A stretch of 64,000 nt of DNA from Candidatus Latescibacterota bacterium (GTDB taxonomy: Bacteria; Latescibacterota; UBA2968; UBA8231): assembly GCA_965221775.1 (NCBI GenBank), contig CBDCSU010000004.1, positions 64,001 through 128,000 of the forward strand, given 5' to 3'. A program made the position numbers and the translations under genes. The notes under the pieces are model-generated. The model was not told the DNA's origin. It was given only the letters and a program-made list of their open reading frames with translations, and ran no database searches. Of this stretch, positions 47,577 through 55,987 are shown in pieces (position 1 is the stretch's first letter; every line of letters starts with the position of its first letter).

Positions 47577-48836
47577 ATGCTGAAGCGAGTCCAGATTCGG
47601 GGATACAAGTCCCTCAAGGACCTGGAGGTGACCCTCTCCTCCCTCGTCGTCCTCGTCGGGCCGAACGCCACGGGCAAGAGCAACCTGCTCGATGCCCTGC
47701 AGCTCCTGTCCAGGTTGGGAACGAGCCGCACCTTGAGGGAGGCCTTCGATCCACCCTACCGCGGCAAGCCGCTGGAATCGTTCACCATCGGGAGCGGGGG
47801 GATCAGGGGCCTGCTGGAGCAGGACAGGCTTTCCCTCTCCATCGAGGCCGACTTGAGCCTGTCGGACTCGGCGGTCGATGCTGTCAACCGACAGATCCGG
47901 GAGATGGGGCGTCCCCATGGAGCCCCCGCCCGGGTCCGTGAACGGGATCTCCGCTACCGGATCGAGGTGGAGATGCTGCCCCGATCCGGCATTCTGCGGG
48001 TGGCGGATGAATACCTCGCCGCCTTGAACCGCAAGGGCGAGCCCACGGGAAAGCGGAAGCCCTTCCTTGAGCGGCAGGGAGAGAGGATCCGCCTTCGCAA
48101 CGAAGGCCAGACGCACCCGACGTATTTCGACTGTTACCTCGACCACAGCATCCTCTCCATGCCGCACTACCCTCCGCACAATCCTCACTTGGTAGCGGCT
48201 CGTCACGAGCTGGAAAGCTGGCGGTTTTTCTACTTCGAGCCGCGTGAACGCATGCGCGCCGCCAGCCCGGTCAAGGAGGTTCGCCATATCGGGTTGATGG
48301 GCGAGGAACTGGCGGCCTTCCTCTATACCATGAAGGCCACCGATGCCCGGCGGTTCAGGGGCGTCGAGAAGGCCCTGCATGTCCTGATGCCCGACATCGA
48401 TGGAATCGAGGTGGATGTCAGCGATCTGGGTGAGGTCGAGCTCCGTCTCAGAGAGGGCGGTGCGGCCATTCCAGCCCGCGTCCTCTCGGAGGGCACACTC
48501 AGGATACTTGGTCTTCTCGCCCTGTCCGGACTGGACCAGGGCCCGGCCTTGGTCGGGATCGAGGAGCCCGAGAACGGGGTCCACTCCCGGCGAATCGAGT
48601 TGATCGCCGAGTTGCTGAGAACCCAGGAGAGCCTGAACCGGATCCAGCAGATCATCACCACCCACTCCCCGATCCTGCCTGATCTGCTGGAGGAGGAGTC
48701 GCTGTTCGGGGTCCGCCGGCTGAACGGCCGGACTCGCATCGATCCGGGCAGGAACGAGACCGACTTCCAGTGCCCGCACGCATCCGCTGTTGGGCACCGG
48801 CTCAAGAGTCTGCATGGAACGACAGCCGCGTCATAG
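47577..48836 (+). CDS. Second ABC-type (AAA_21) ATPase, C-terminus possibly truncated, no partner gene
   Basis: GPNATGKSN, LSEGTLR, GIEEPENGVH, ITTHSP. Confidence 0.85.
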   Translation: MLKRVQIRGYKSLKDLEVTLSSLVVLVGPNATGKSNLLDALQLLSRLGTSRTLREAFDPPYRGKPLESFTIGSGGIRGLLEQDRLSLSIEADLSLSDSAVDAVNRQIREMGRPHGAPARVRERDLRYRIEVEMLPRSGILRVADEYLAALNRKGEPTGKRKPFLERQGERIRLRNEGQTHPTYFDCYLDHSILSMPHYPPHNPHLVAARHELESWRFFYFEPRERMRAASPVKEVRHIGLMGEELAAFLYTMKATDARRFRGVEKALHVLMPDIDGIEVDVSDLGEVELRLREGGAAIPARVLSEGTLRILGLLALSGLDQGPALVGIEEPENGVHSRRIELIAELLRTQESLNRIQQIITTHSPILPDLLEEESLFGVRRLNGRTRIDPGRNETDFQCPHASAVGHRLKSLHGTTAAS

Positions 48837-49068
48837 CAAGGAGGAGTTCGCCCGGCGTGGTCAGGCGATCTACGAGCAGCGAGTGAGGCCGCAGGTGGAA
48901 GAAGGCAACAGCGGTCGCGTCGTGGCGATTGACATTGAGACCGGCGAGTTCGAGGTGGGGGACGATCCCTTGGCCGCCTCCGACCAACTGTTCGCGCGCT
49001 GTCCAGATGCGCAGCCGTGGCTGATCCGGATCGGCCACCGTGCGCTACACCGGCTCGGCGCATCATGA
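48814..49068 (+). CDS. Small DUF5678-like protein, typically paired with a clan AA aspartic protease
   Basis: MERQPRHSKEEFARRGQAIYE..GRVVAIDIETGEFEV..RIG pattern. Confidence 0.7.
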   Translation: MERQPRHSKEEFARRGQAIYEQRVRPQVEEGNSGRVVAIDIETGEFEVGDDPLAASDQLFARCPDAQPWLIRIGHRALHRLGAS

Positions 49069-49109
49069 TCGAGGGTGCAGTTTCAGAAAGGAAACGATGG
49101 CTATGCTAA
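49065..49109 (+). pseudogene. Probable 5' stub (MIEGAV) of a clan AA aspartic protease gene, cut by CBASS insertion
   Basis: ATGA overlap with the DUF5678-like stop; MI.G.V start; composition shifts after about 7 codons. Confidence 0.45.
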
Positions 49110-50029
49110 CTAGGAATTGGGAGAATGAATTCAGCCAGTGGGCACGGCCACCGGGTACGGTCGAGGATGAGCGTTGTGAGAACGCGATCAAAGCCATTCG
49201 CAATGCGATCGCCAAAAGCGACAAGCTGAAAAGCCGGCGATTGAAGGTCTTTCCACATGGCTCGTACCGCAATCGTGTCAATGTCCGTCAAGACAGCGAC
49301 GTCGATGTGGCAGTTCTCTGCGATGAGAGTTTTTTTCGCGACCTCCCCTCTGGGACTACCGACGAGACCTTTGAGATTACCCCAGCGACCTACCATTATG
49401 TTCAGTTCAAGAACGAACTTGTGGAAGCCTTGACCGAGCACTTTGGAGTTGGATCGGTCCGTCGGGGGAACAAAGCGATCGACGTTCGAGAGAACACGTA
49501 CCATGTGGAAGCTGATGTTGCTCCGTTTTTTGAATATCGATACTACTGGAAGAAAGGGACTTACCGATGCGGAGTGGCACTACGCCCTGACACCGGCCCA
49601 CTGATCAAGAACTACCCCGAATGTGTACTCGATAGCTGGCCGCAGATACCTATGCATTACGAGAATGCGGTCTCAAAGAACAAGAGAACTCATCGTTCTT
49701 ACAAGGGTGTAGTGCGTATTCTCAAGAAACTTCGTAACGAAATGGATGATGCTCTCATCTCTGCCGCCAAGTCAATTCCCGGGTTTCTGGTCGAGTGCAT
49801 GGTCTGGAATTCACCGACTGCGTGCTTCCGAGGGAACACTTGGGACGGCAAACTGCAAGCGGTGCTTGTACATCTGTGGTCGAACACCAAGAACGATATA
49901 CACTGTGAGGACTGGAAGGAGGTCAATGACATTAAATTTCTCTTTGCCTCAGGGCAGCCGTGGACACGACGTGAGGCTTTTGATTTCGTGGACGCCGCGT
50001 GGAGCTATGTCGGAAGAAGGACGAAGTGA
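49097..50029 (+). CDS. cdnE: CBASS cGAS/DncV-like nucleotidyltransferase (CD-NTase), CdnE-like
   Basis: HGSYRNRVNVRQDSDVDVAV, RGNKAI, EADVAP, NYP..HYEN..KN..T..YK.VVRILK, PGFLVECMVWN. Confidence 0.9.
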   Translation: MAMLTRNWENEFSQWARPPGTVEDERCENAIKAIRNAIAKSDKLKSRRLKVFPHGSYRNRVNVRQDSDVDVAVLCDESFFRDLPSGTTDETFEITPATYHYVQFKNELVEALTEHFGVGSVRRGNKAIDVRENTYHVEADVAPFFEYRYYWKKGTYRCGVALRPDTGPLIKNYPECVLDSWPQIPMHYENAVSKNKRTHRSYKGVVRILKKLRNEMDDALISAAKSIPGFLVECMVWNSPTACFRGNTWDGKLQAVLVHLWSNTKNDIHCEDWKEVNDIKFLFASGQPWTRREAFDFVDAAWSYVGRRTK

Positions 50030-50682
50030 GAGTTGATCGGGTTCATATCGCTGTCTTCCTTGCAATAGCTGCACTTGCTTGGTGGATTACTTTGGTCCTT
50101 CAGGGCACCGCAGTCACTTCTGAACACGCAGCACCCTTCACTGTGGTCATGAGTGCTCTTGGAGTGTTAGGGTATGTCTTCGAGCACTTTCTCTGGCGTT
50201 GCCAGTTACTTCACGGATGGTTTTTTACCAGGCCGAATCTTCGCGGGACTTGGCGTGTTGAACTTCGGTCAAGCCATATGAAGCAGGACAGCGGAGAGGG
50301 TGCACCCCTGATTGTGTGCTATATGGGAGTCGAACAGACACTATCGGAACTCAAAATGCATCTGATGACCTCAGAGTCTGAGTCTTGGTGCATCGCGAGC
50401 CATACGAAGCCCTCACCAAGCGGAAACGGTTACCAGGTAGTCTGTGTCTATAGTAGCAAGCCAAATATTCATCTGCGCGACGAACGGATTAGCGAGATAC
50501 ACAATGGAGCTATCATCCTTGACACTCATGGAGCTGGTGTTCGGCCCGACACCCTTACGGCAGAGTACTGGACGGACCGCAAGACGACAGGGACCATGAA
50601 TTTCACCAGCCGTGTGGATCGGGTTTTCACACGCTTTGAAGATGCGAATCAACACTTCGGGGCAAGGACGGGACTACCTTGA
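50026..50682 (+). CDS. cap15: CBASS Cap15-like effector (2TM + beta-barrel)
   Basis: Two TM helices, then FEHFLWR..RPNLRGTW, QT..MHLMTSESES, HNGA, YWTDRKTTGTM; GTGA overlap with the CD-NTase. Confidence 0.88.
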   Translation: MRVDRVHIAVFLAIAALAWWITLVLQGTAVTSEHAAPFTVVMSALGVLGYVFEHFLWRCQLLHGWFFTRPNLRGTWRVELRSSHMKQDSGEGAPLIVCYMGVEQTLSELKMHLMTSESESWCIASHTKPSPSGNGYQVVCVYSSKPNIHLRDERISEIHNGAIILDTHGAGVRPDTLTAEYWTDRKTTGTMNFTSRVDRVFTRFEDANQHFGARTGLP

Positions 50683-50689
50683 GGAAGAC

Positions 50690-53600
50690 ATGACCGACAA
50701 ACGGCTCATCGAGGCCGCCTTCCCCCTCAAGCAGGTCTCCCTCGACTCCGTGCACGAGAAGAACGTGCGCCACGGCCATATCTCCACCCTGCACATCTGG
50801 CCCGCGCGGAGACCGCTGGCGGCCTGCCGGGCGGCCCTGATCGCGACGCTCCTCCCCGACCCCGGCAATGCGCGTGAGCGCAAGGAGATCCTGGAGCGCA
50901 TGGCCGGCCGCCTCATCCGGAGGCCCGAGCGCAAGCGGGTGAACGGCCGCGTGGTCGAGCGGGTGAAGGAGGAGACGAGAGGCGGCATCCTCCACTGGGG
51001 GCGGGAGAGCGGCCAGGACCTGGAGTGGTTCCGCGCCGAGATCCGCAAGGCGTACGGTGGGAAGGCGCCCAAGGTGCTGGATCCCTTCGCCGGCGGCGGC
51101 GCCATTCCCCTCGAAGCGATGCGCCTCGGGTGCGAGGTGACGGCCATGGACATCAACCCGGTGGCCTGGTTCATCCTCAAGTGCACCCTCGAGTACCCGC
51201 AGAAGCTCGCCGGCCAGACCCGGCCGCTGCCCGGGTTCGCGCTGCAGGACCGGGAGTTCATGGAGGCCTTCCTGAAGTCGAAAGGCTTCAGGGGCGCCCG
51301 GTTGCGGAGTCTGCTTGACCGCATCGGACACGGCGACGGTGGCGGCGTCCAACTCGACGCTTTGCCGGGCGATGTCCCGGTCACCGAGGCGGACCTCGCC
51401 TGGCACGTGCGCGCCTGGGGCCGGTGGGTGCTGTCGAGGGCGCGCAGGGAGCTGGCTTCCTGCTACCCGAGCTATGCCGGGTTCGAGCCCCTGAAGCCGG
51501 GTCGGGATTTCGAGGCCCGACCGATCCGGCTGCTCGACGTCGATGAAGACGGGGCGCCCCAGGTGGAGCCCTTCAATGCCGGATTCGACAAGGACTATCT
51601 GAAGGACCCGCTCAACCCGCGCTGGATCGCCAAGCCGGCGGTGGCCTATCTCTGGGCGCGGACCGTGACCTGCAAGCAGTGTCGGGCGGAGCTGCCGCTG
51701 CTCAAGACCCGCTGGCTATGCAAGAAGGACCGGAAGCGGGTGCTGCTGACCATGGAGCCCAAGGCGGACGGAACCGGCGTCGTCTTCGGTGTGCTGGGCG
51801 ACGTTGCGCAGAACGGCGGCAACGGGGCCCAGAGGCGGGAGCACGACCGGCGTCTCGGTGGGGGCACCATGTCGCGCACCGGCGCAGCCTGTCCCTGCTG
51901 CGGGGCGATCACGACCATGGAGGACATCCGTCTGGAAGGCCGCGCGGGTCGGCTGGGCGCGGTGATGACGGCCGTGGTCGTGGATGGGCTCAAGGGGAAG
52001 GAATACCGCCTGCCCACGGACCACGAGCGGGCGATGGCGGAGGTGACCGAGGACCGGCTGCAGGCACTCTACGCGGAGATTCCCTTCGGGCTGCCGGAGG
52101 AGCAGACTCCCAAGGCGGGCATCGGGGCGTCGCGGGCTTTCTCGGTGGATGGCTATGGCTTCGACACTTGGCGGAAGCTGTTCACGAATCGGCAGCTGCT
52201 GGCGCTTGGAGAGTTCGTCCGGACGCTTCGAACCCTGATGCAAGAACTCGACGACTGCTCGGAGGGTTGGCGCGAAGCGGTGATTGCGAATCTCGGCCTC
52301 GTCAACGACCGGCTGGCCGACTACTCCAGCGCGGTTTGCTCTTGGCACAACAGTGGGGAGAAGCTCAGAAACACCTTTGGGCGCTTTGCTCTGCCTATCG
52401 TCTGGGACTTTACCGAAGTCAATCCGCTATCAGAAACCTCGGGCAATTATCGCGGTGCACTTGATTGGGTCAGCAAGGCCTGCGAGCACCTCCAGAGAAG
52501 TGTCGATGGTGCCCGTAGCGGGGAGAGCATCCGTGGGTCCGCCATAGTCTGTCCGATCGACAGTTTCGATGTGATTCTCACCGACCCACCGTACTACGAC
52601 GCCATCCCCTACTCTGACCTGATGGACTTCTTCCATGTGTGGCTGAGGCGCACGGTTCCCGGACTGTCCGCCGAAGTCGAGTCTGCCTTCTCCGGGCCCC
52701 TCGGCCCCAAGTGGGACCACGAGAGCGGCGACGGCGAGCTCATAGACGACGCGGGCCGGTTCGGCGGCGACAAGGAGTGTTCCAAGCAGAGCTACGAAGA
52801 CGGCATGGCCCGCTCTTTCCGTTCCTGTCATGCTGCCCTGCAGCCGGACGGGCGGCTCGTGGTCGTCTTCGCCAACAAGCATCCCGATGCCTGGGAGACC
52901 CTGGTCGCTGCCCTGATCCGGGCCGGTTTCGTCGTCGACGGCTCCTGGCCCATCCAGACCGAGATGGGCACCAGGACTCGCGCCATGGCCTCCGCAGCCC
53001 TGTCATCTTCCGTCTGGATCGTCTGCAAGAAAAGGTCCGCCACGGGCTCCGGCTGGGACACCAGGGTCCTCGAGGAGATGCGCGTGAACATCACTCAACA
53101 GTTGCGAGACTTCTGGGACGCCGGCATCCGCGGTCCCGACTTCGTCTGGGCGGCCACCGGACCGGCCCTCGAAGCCTTCAGCAAGTACCCCGTGGTCAAG
53201 AAGGCCAACGCCCCGGGCGAGCAGATGTCCGTGGCGGAGTTCCTGCGCCAGGTGAGGCGCATGGTCGTGGATTTCGTCGTGGGCCGGGTGCTGATCCAGG
53301 ACGGCGCGGCAGAGCAGGCCGAGGAACGGGAGGCTGAGACCGGCCTCGACGACGTCACCACCTACTACCTGCTGCACCGCCACGACTTCGGCCTGGACGA
53401 AGCTCCGGTGGGCGGCTGCATCCTCTACGCCCTCTCCTGCAACCTGTCGGATTCCGCACTGGTCAACCAGCATGACCTTCTCGCCCAGGCGGGCAGGAGG
53501 GCAGCGGGTGAGGAAGCCGAGGAGGAGGGGGACGAGCCGGAAGAGCCAGAGGAGAAGGGCGGCGGCGCCAAGGTGAAGCTGAAGCCCTGGCATCGGAGGA

Positions 53601-53947
53601 AGGGCCGCAACCTCGGCCTGGAAGGGCAGGGAGGAAGGCCTGCGCCGCTCATCGACCAGGTGCACAAGCTCATGCACCTCTGGCGCGCCGGGGACCAGGT
53701 CAAGGTCAACGACTACCTCGACAGCCGCGGCCTGCCCCGAAATGCCCTGTTCAACCAGATCCTCCAGGCCCTCATCGAGCTGGCCGACGAAGGCTCGGAG
53801 GAGCGGGCACTGCTGGAATCGGTGAGCAACCACGCGGCCGGGCGGGGCGGGGTTCAAGCGCCGCGGCAGAGGCGGTTTCAGTTCGGAGAAGCCGGTCGTC
53901 GACCGGAGCCTGCCCAAGATGAGGCTCGACCTCGATATGCGAGGTGA
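50690..53947 (+). CDS. DUF1156-domain adenine-specific DNA methyltransferase with Zn ribbon
   Basis: LHIWPARRPLAACRA (DUF1156), VLDPFAGGG (motif I), CKQC..CPCC, TDPPYYD (motif IV). Confidence 0.92.
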   Translation: MTDKRLIEAAFPLKQVSLDSVHEKNVRHGHISTLHIWPARRPLAACRAALIATLLPDPGNARERKEILERMAGRLIRRPERKRVNGRVVERVKEETRGGILHWGRESGQDLEWFRAEIRKAYGGKAPKVLDPFAGGGAIPLEAMRLGCEVTAMDINPVAWFILKCTLEYPQKLAGQTRPLPGFALQDREFMEAFLKSKGFRGARLRSLLDRIGHGDGGGVQLDALPGDVPVTEADLAWHVRAWGRWVLSRARRELASCYPSYAGFEPLKPGRDFEARPIRLLDVDEDGAPQVEPFNAGFDKDYLKDPLNPRWIAKPAVAYLWARTVTCKQCRAELPLLKTRWLCKKDRKRVLLTMEPKADGTGVVFGVLGDVAQNGGNGAQRREHDRRLGGGTMSRTGAACPCCGAITTMEDIRLEGRAGRLGAVMTAVVVDGLKGKEYRLPTDHERAMAEVTEDRLQALYAEIPFGLPEEQTPKAGIGASRAFSVDGYGFDTWRKLFTNRQLLALGEFVRTLRTLMQELDDCSEGWREAVIANLGLVNDRLADYSSAVCSWHNSGEKLRNTFGRFALPIVWDFTEVNPLSETSGNYRGALDWVSKACEHLQRSVDGARSGESIRGSAIVCPIDSFDVILTDPPYYDAIPYSDLMDFFHVWLRRTVPGLSAEVESAFSGPLGPKWDHESGDGELIDDAGRFGGDKECSKQSYEDGMARSFRSCHAALQPDGRLVVVFANKHPDAWETLVAALIRAGFVVDGSWPIQTEMGTRTRAMASAALSSSVWIVCKKRSATGSGWDTRVLEEMRVNITQQLRDFWDAGIRGPDFVWAATGPALEAFSKYPVVKKANAPGEQMSVAEFLRQVRRMVVDFVVGRVLIQDGAAEQAEEREAETGLDDVTTYYLLHRHDFGLDEAPVGGCILYALSCNLSDSALVNQHDLLAQAGRRAAGEEAEEEGDEPEEPEEKGGGAKVKLKPWHRRKGRNLGLEGQGGRPAPLIDQVHKLMHLWRAGDQVKVNDYLDSRGLPRNALFNQILQALIELADEGSEERALLESVSNHAAGRGGVQAPRQRRFQFGEAGRRPEPAQDEARPRYAR

Positions 53948-53965
53948 AAGGGCGATAGGCCATCC

Positions 53966-55951
53966 ATGAGCGCGATTCTTCAGATCAACCTGGACGATCT
54001 CCTCCATTGCCGCGGCGTAGAGTCGGAACGGGTCGAGTTCAAGGAGTCCTGGGATTCGCACAGGACCGCCCCCCAAGTGCTGCAGACGATCTGCGCCTTC
54101 GCGAACGACTATCACAATCTGAACGGCGGATACGTCGTCATCGGCGTCGGTGAGCGGGACGGAAGTGCAGTGCTGCCGCCATCCGGATTGTCCGCAGCGG
54201 AGATCGAGGCCGCGCAGCGGTGGATTCGCGGCCACTGCCAACAACTCGACCCGACCTATCAGCCCATCCTCTCTCCCGAGACGGTCGAGGAGCGGCTTGT
54301 CCTGGTGGTGTGGGCACCGGGAAGCGAGATGAGACCTCATCGCGCGCCCTCCTCCAGAGGCGAGTCACCCCGGTACTGGGTTCGTCTCGGTTCAGAGACC
54401 GTTGATGCCGAACAACGCGGCGACCTGCTCCGGGGACTTATTCAGCAGACGGCCCGGGTGCCTTGGGACGATCGCCGGACGCCGGATGCTCAGGTCGATG
54501 ATCTGCGAGAGGCCAAGGTCCGCGAGTATCTGCGCGACGTGGGGAGTGGGCTCCTCAACGAGCCGAATGAGAGGGAAGTCTATCGCCGCATGCGGATCAC
54601 GATGAAGGTCAATGACCACGAGGCGCCCCGGAACGCAGGTCTTCTTTTCTTTTCTAGAGAGCCCGTAGAGTGGTTCCGAGGTGCCAGGATCGAAGTTGTG
54701 CACTTCACCGCGGATCGGGCTGGTGACGTTCAGGAGGAACGCACTTTCGGGGGAGGGCTCGCGGACCAGCTGCGGGACTGCCTGAACTATCTTCAGAATC
54801 TCTCGACCTTCCATGTGCAGAAGCAGGGAGATCGCAGCCAGGTGCGCGGCTGGGTCAGCTATCCGCTGCCGGCGTTGCGCGAGACCCTCGTCAACGCGAT
54901 CTATCACCGTGGTTACGATGTGGATCAGCCCGAGCCCACCAAGGTCTATCTCTATCCGAGCCGGGTCGAGGTGATCAGCTACCCCGGTCCTGTGCCGGGA
55001 ATCGAGCCTCGCCACTTGGTCCCGGACGCGGAGGTTCGGGCCGCGCCCGCTCGCAATCGCCGCATCGGCGAGTTCCTGAAAGAGCTGGGACTCGCGGAAG
55101 GACGCCTCACCGGGCTGCCAAGAGTGTTTCGGGCGATGAAGGACAACGGATCGCCGGTACCGCGCTTCGACTTTGACGAGCAGCGGACCTGGTTTCAAGC
55201 CACTCTGCCCGCTCACCCGGAGTACGCGGCGCTGTCCGCGTTGCGGGACACGGCTCACCTGCGGGCACTGGGAGAGCACGAGGAGGCCCTTCGCCGTATC
55301 GAATCAGCGTGGGCGTCGAACCCCGAGTCGGCGATCCTTGCCGCGGAGATGATTCGTTCGTACGCGGCACAGGGTGAGACCGGACGTGCCGAAGAGGTCT
55401 TGGAAGCGTTCGAGGCGAAGGGACCGCCGAGCGCTGCCGCCCACGTGGCCAATACGTTGATAGAGGCGCTGATGGAAGCCGGAGAGAGTGAGAAGGCGCG
55501 GCGCCTGCTCAAAGAAAACCGGGCGGAACTGTTCGGGCAGGACGCCATCGACGCGGCCATCCTCGCCAGGCGCGCGAAGAACTCCCAAGTCGCGCACCGG
55601 TACTTCGAGCGCGCCGCAGACGCCGTGTATGCCGACCCACGCGCGCTTCTCGAGTTTGCTCAGACCAAGATCTGGTTGGCGGGCGAGGCCCGCAGGCGGC
55701 GGCAACCGGACTCGCGGCGCCGGTTCCTCACGGAGGCCCGCGCGCTTCTGGAGCGTGTGCTTCAGCTGGAGGCCTCGCCGACCCGCCACGCCTGGGCATG
55801 GCGGGAGCTGGCGCGCACGCTCAACTGGCTGGGGGCTCCAGTTCGAGAAATCGAGGAGGCTTGGCAAAAGGCGATCGATCGGATGCCCGAAGAGAGTAGA
55901 TTCGTCGGAGAGAGGGACAATATGCGGGCGTCCAGGCGGCAGGAAACCTGA
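53966..55951 (+). CDS. Schlafen/AlbA_2 + HATPase_c_4 + TPR-like helical C-terminus
   Basis: ESERVEFK..ICAFAN..GGYVVIGV; YP..ALRETLVNAIYHRGY, RNRRIGEFLKELGLAEGRLTG; Ala/Glu/Arg-rich helical repeats. Confidence 0.85.
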   Translation: MSAILQINLDDLLHCRGVESERVEFKESWDSHRTAPQVLQTICAFANDYHNLNGGYVVIGVGERDGSAVLPPSGLSAAEIEAAQRWIRGHCQQLDPTYQPILSPETVEERLVLVVWAPGSEMRPHRAPSSRGESPRYWVRLGSETVDAEQRGDLLRGLIQQTARVPWDDRRTPDAQVDDLREAKVREYLRDVGSGLLNEPNEREVYRRMRITMKVNDHEAPRNAGLLFFSREPVEWFRGARIEVVHFTADRAGDVQEERTFGGGLADQLRDCLNYLQNLSTFHVQKQGDRSQVRGWVSYPLPALRETLVNAIYHRGYDVDQPEPTKVYLYPSRVEVISYPGPVPGIEPRHLVPDAEVRAAPARNRRIGEFLKELGLAEGRLTGLPRVFRAMKDNGSPVPRFDFDEQRTWFQATLPAHPEYAALSALRDTAHLRALGEHEEALRRIESAWASNPESAILAAEMIRSYAAQGETGRAEEVLEAFEAKGPPSAAAHVANTLIEALMEAGESEKARRLLKENRAELFGQDAIDAAILARRAKNSQVAHRYFERAADAVYADPRALLEFAQTKIWLAGEARRRRQPDSRRRFLTEARALLERVLQLEASPTRHAWAWRELARTLNWLGAPVREIEEAWQKAIDRMPEESRFVGERDNMRASRRQET

Positions 55952-55987
55952 TCACATGAGGGAGCGGACTCCTTCCACGAGGACGAC

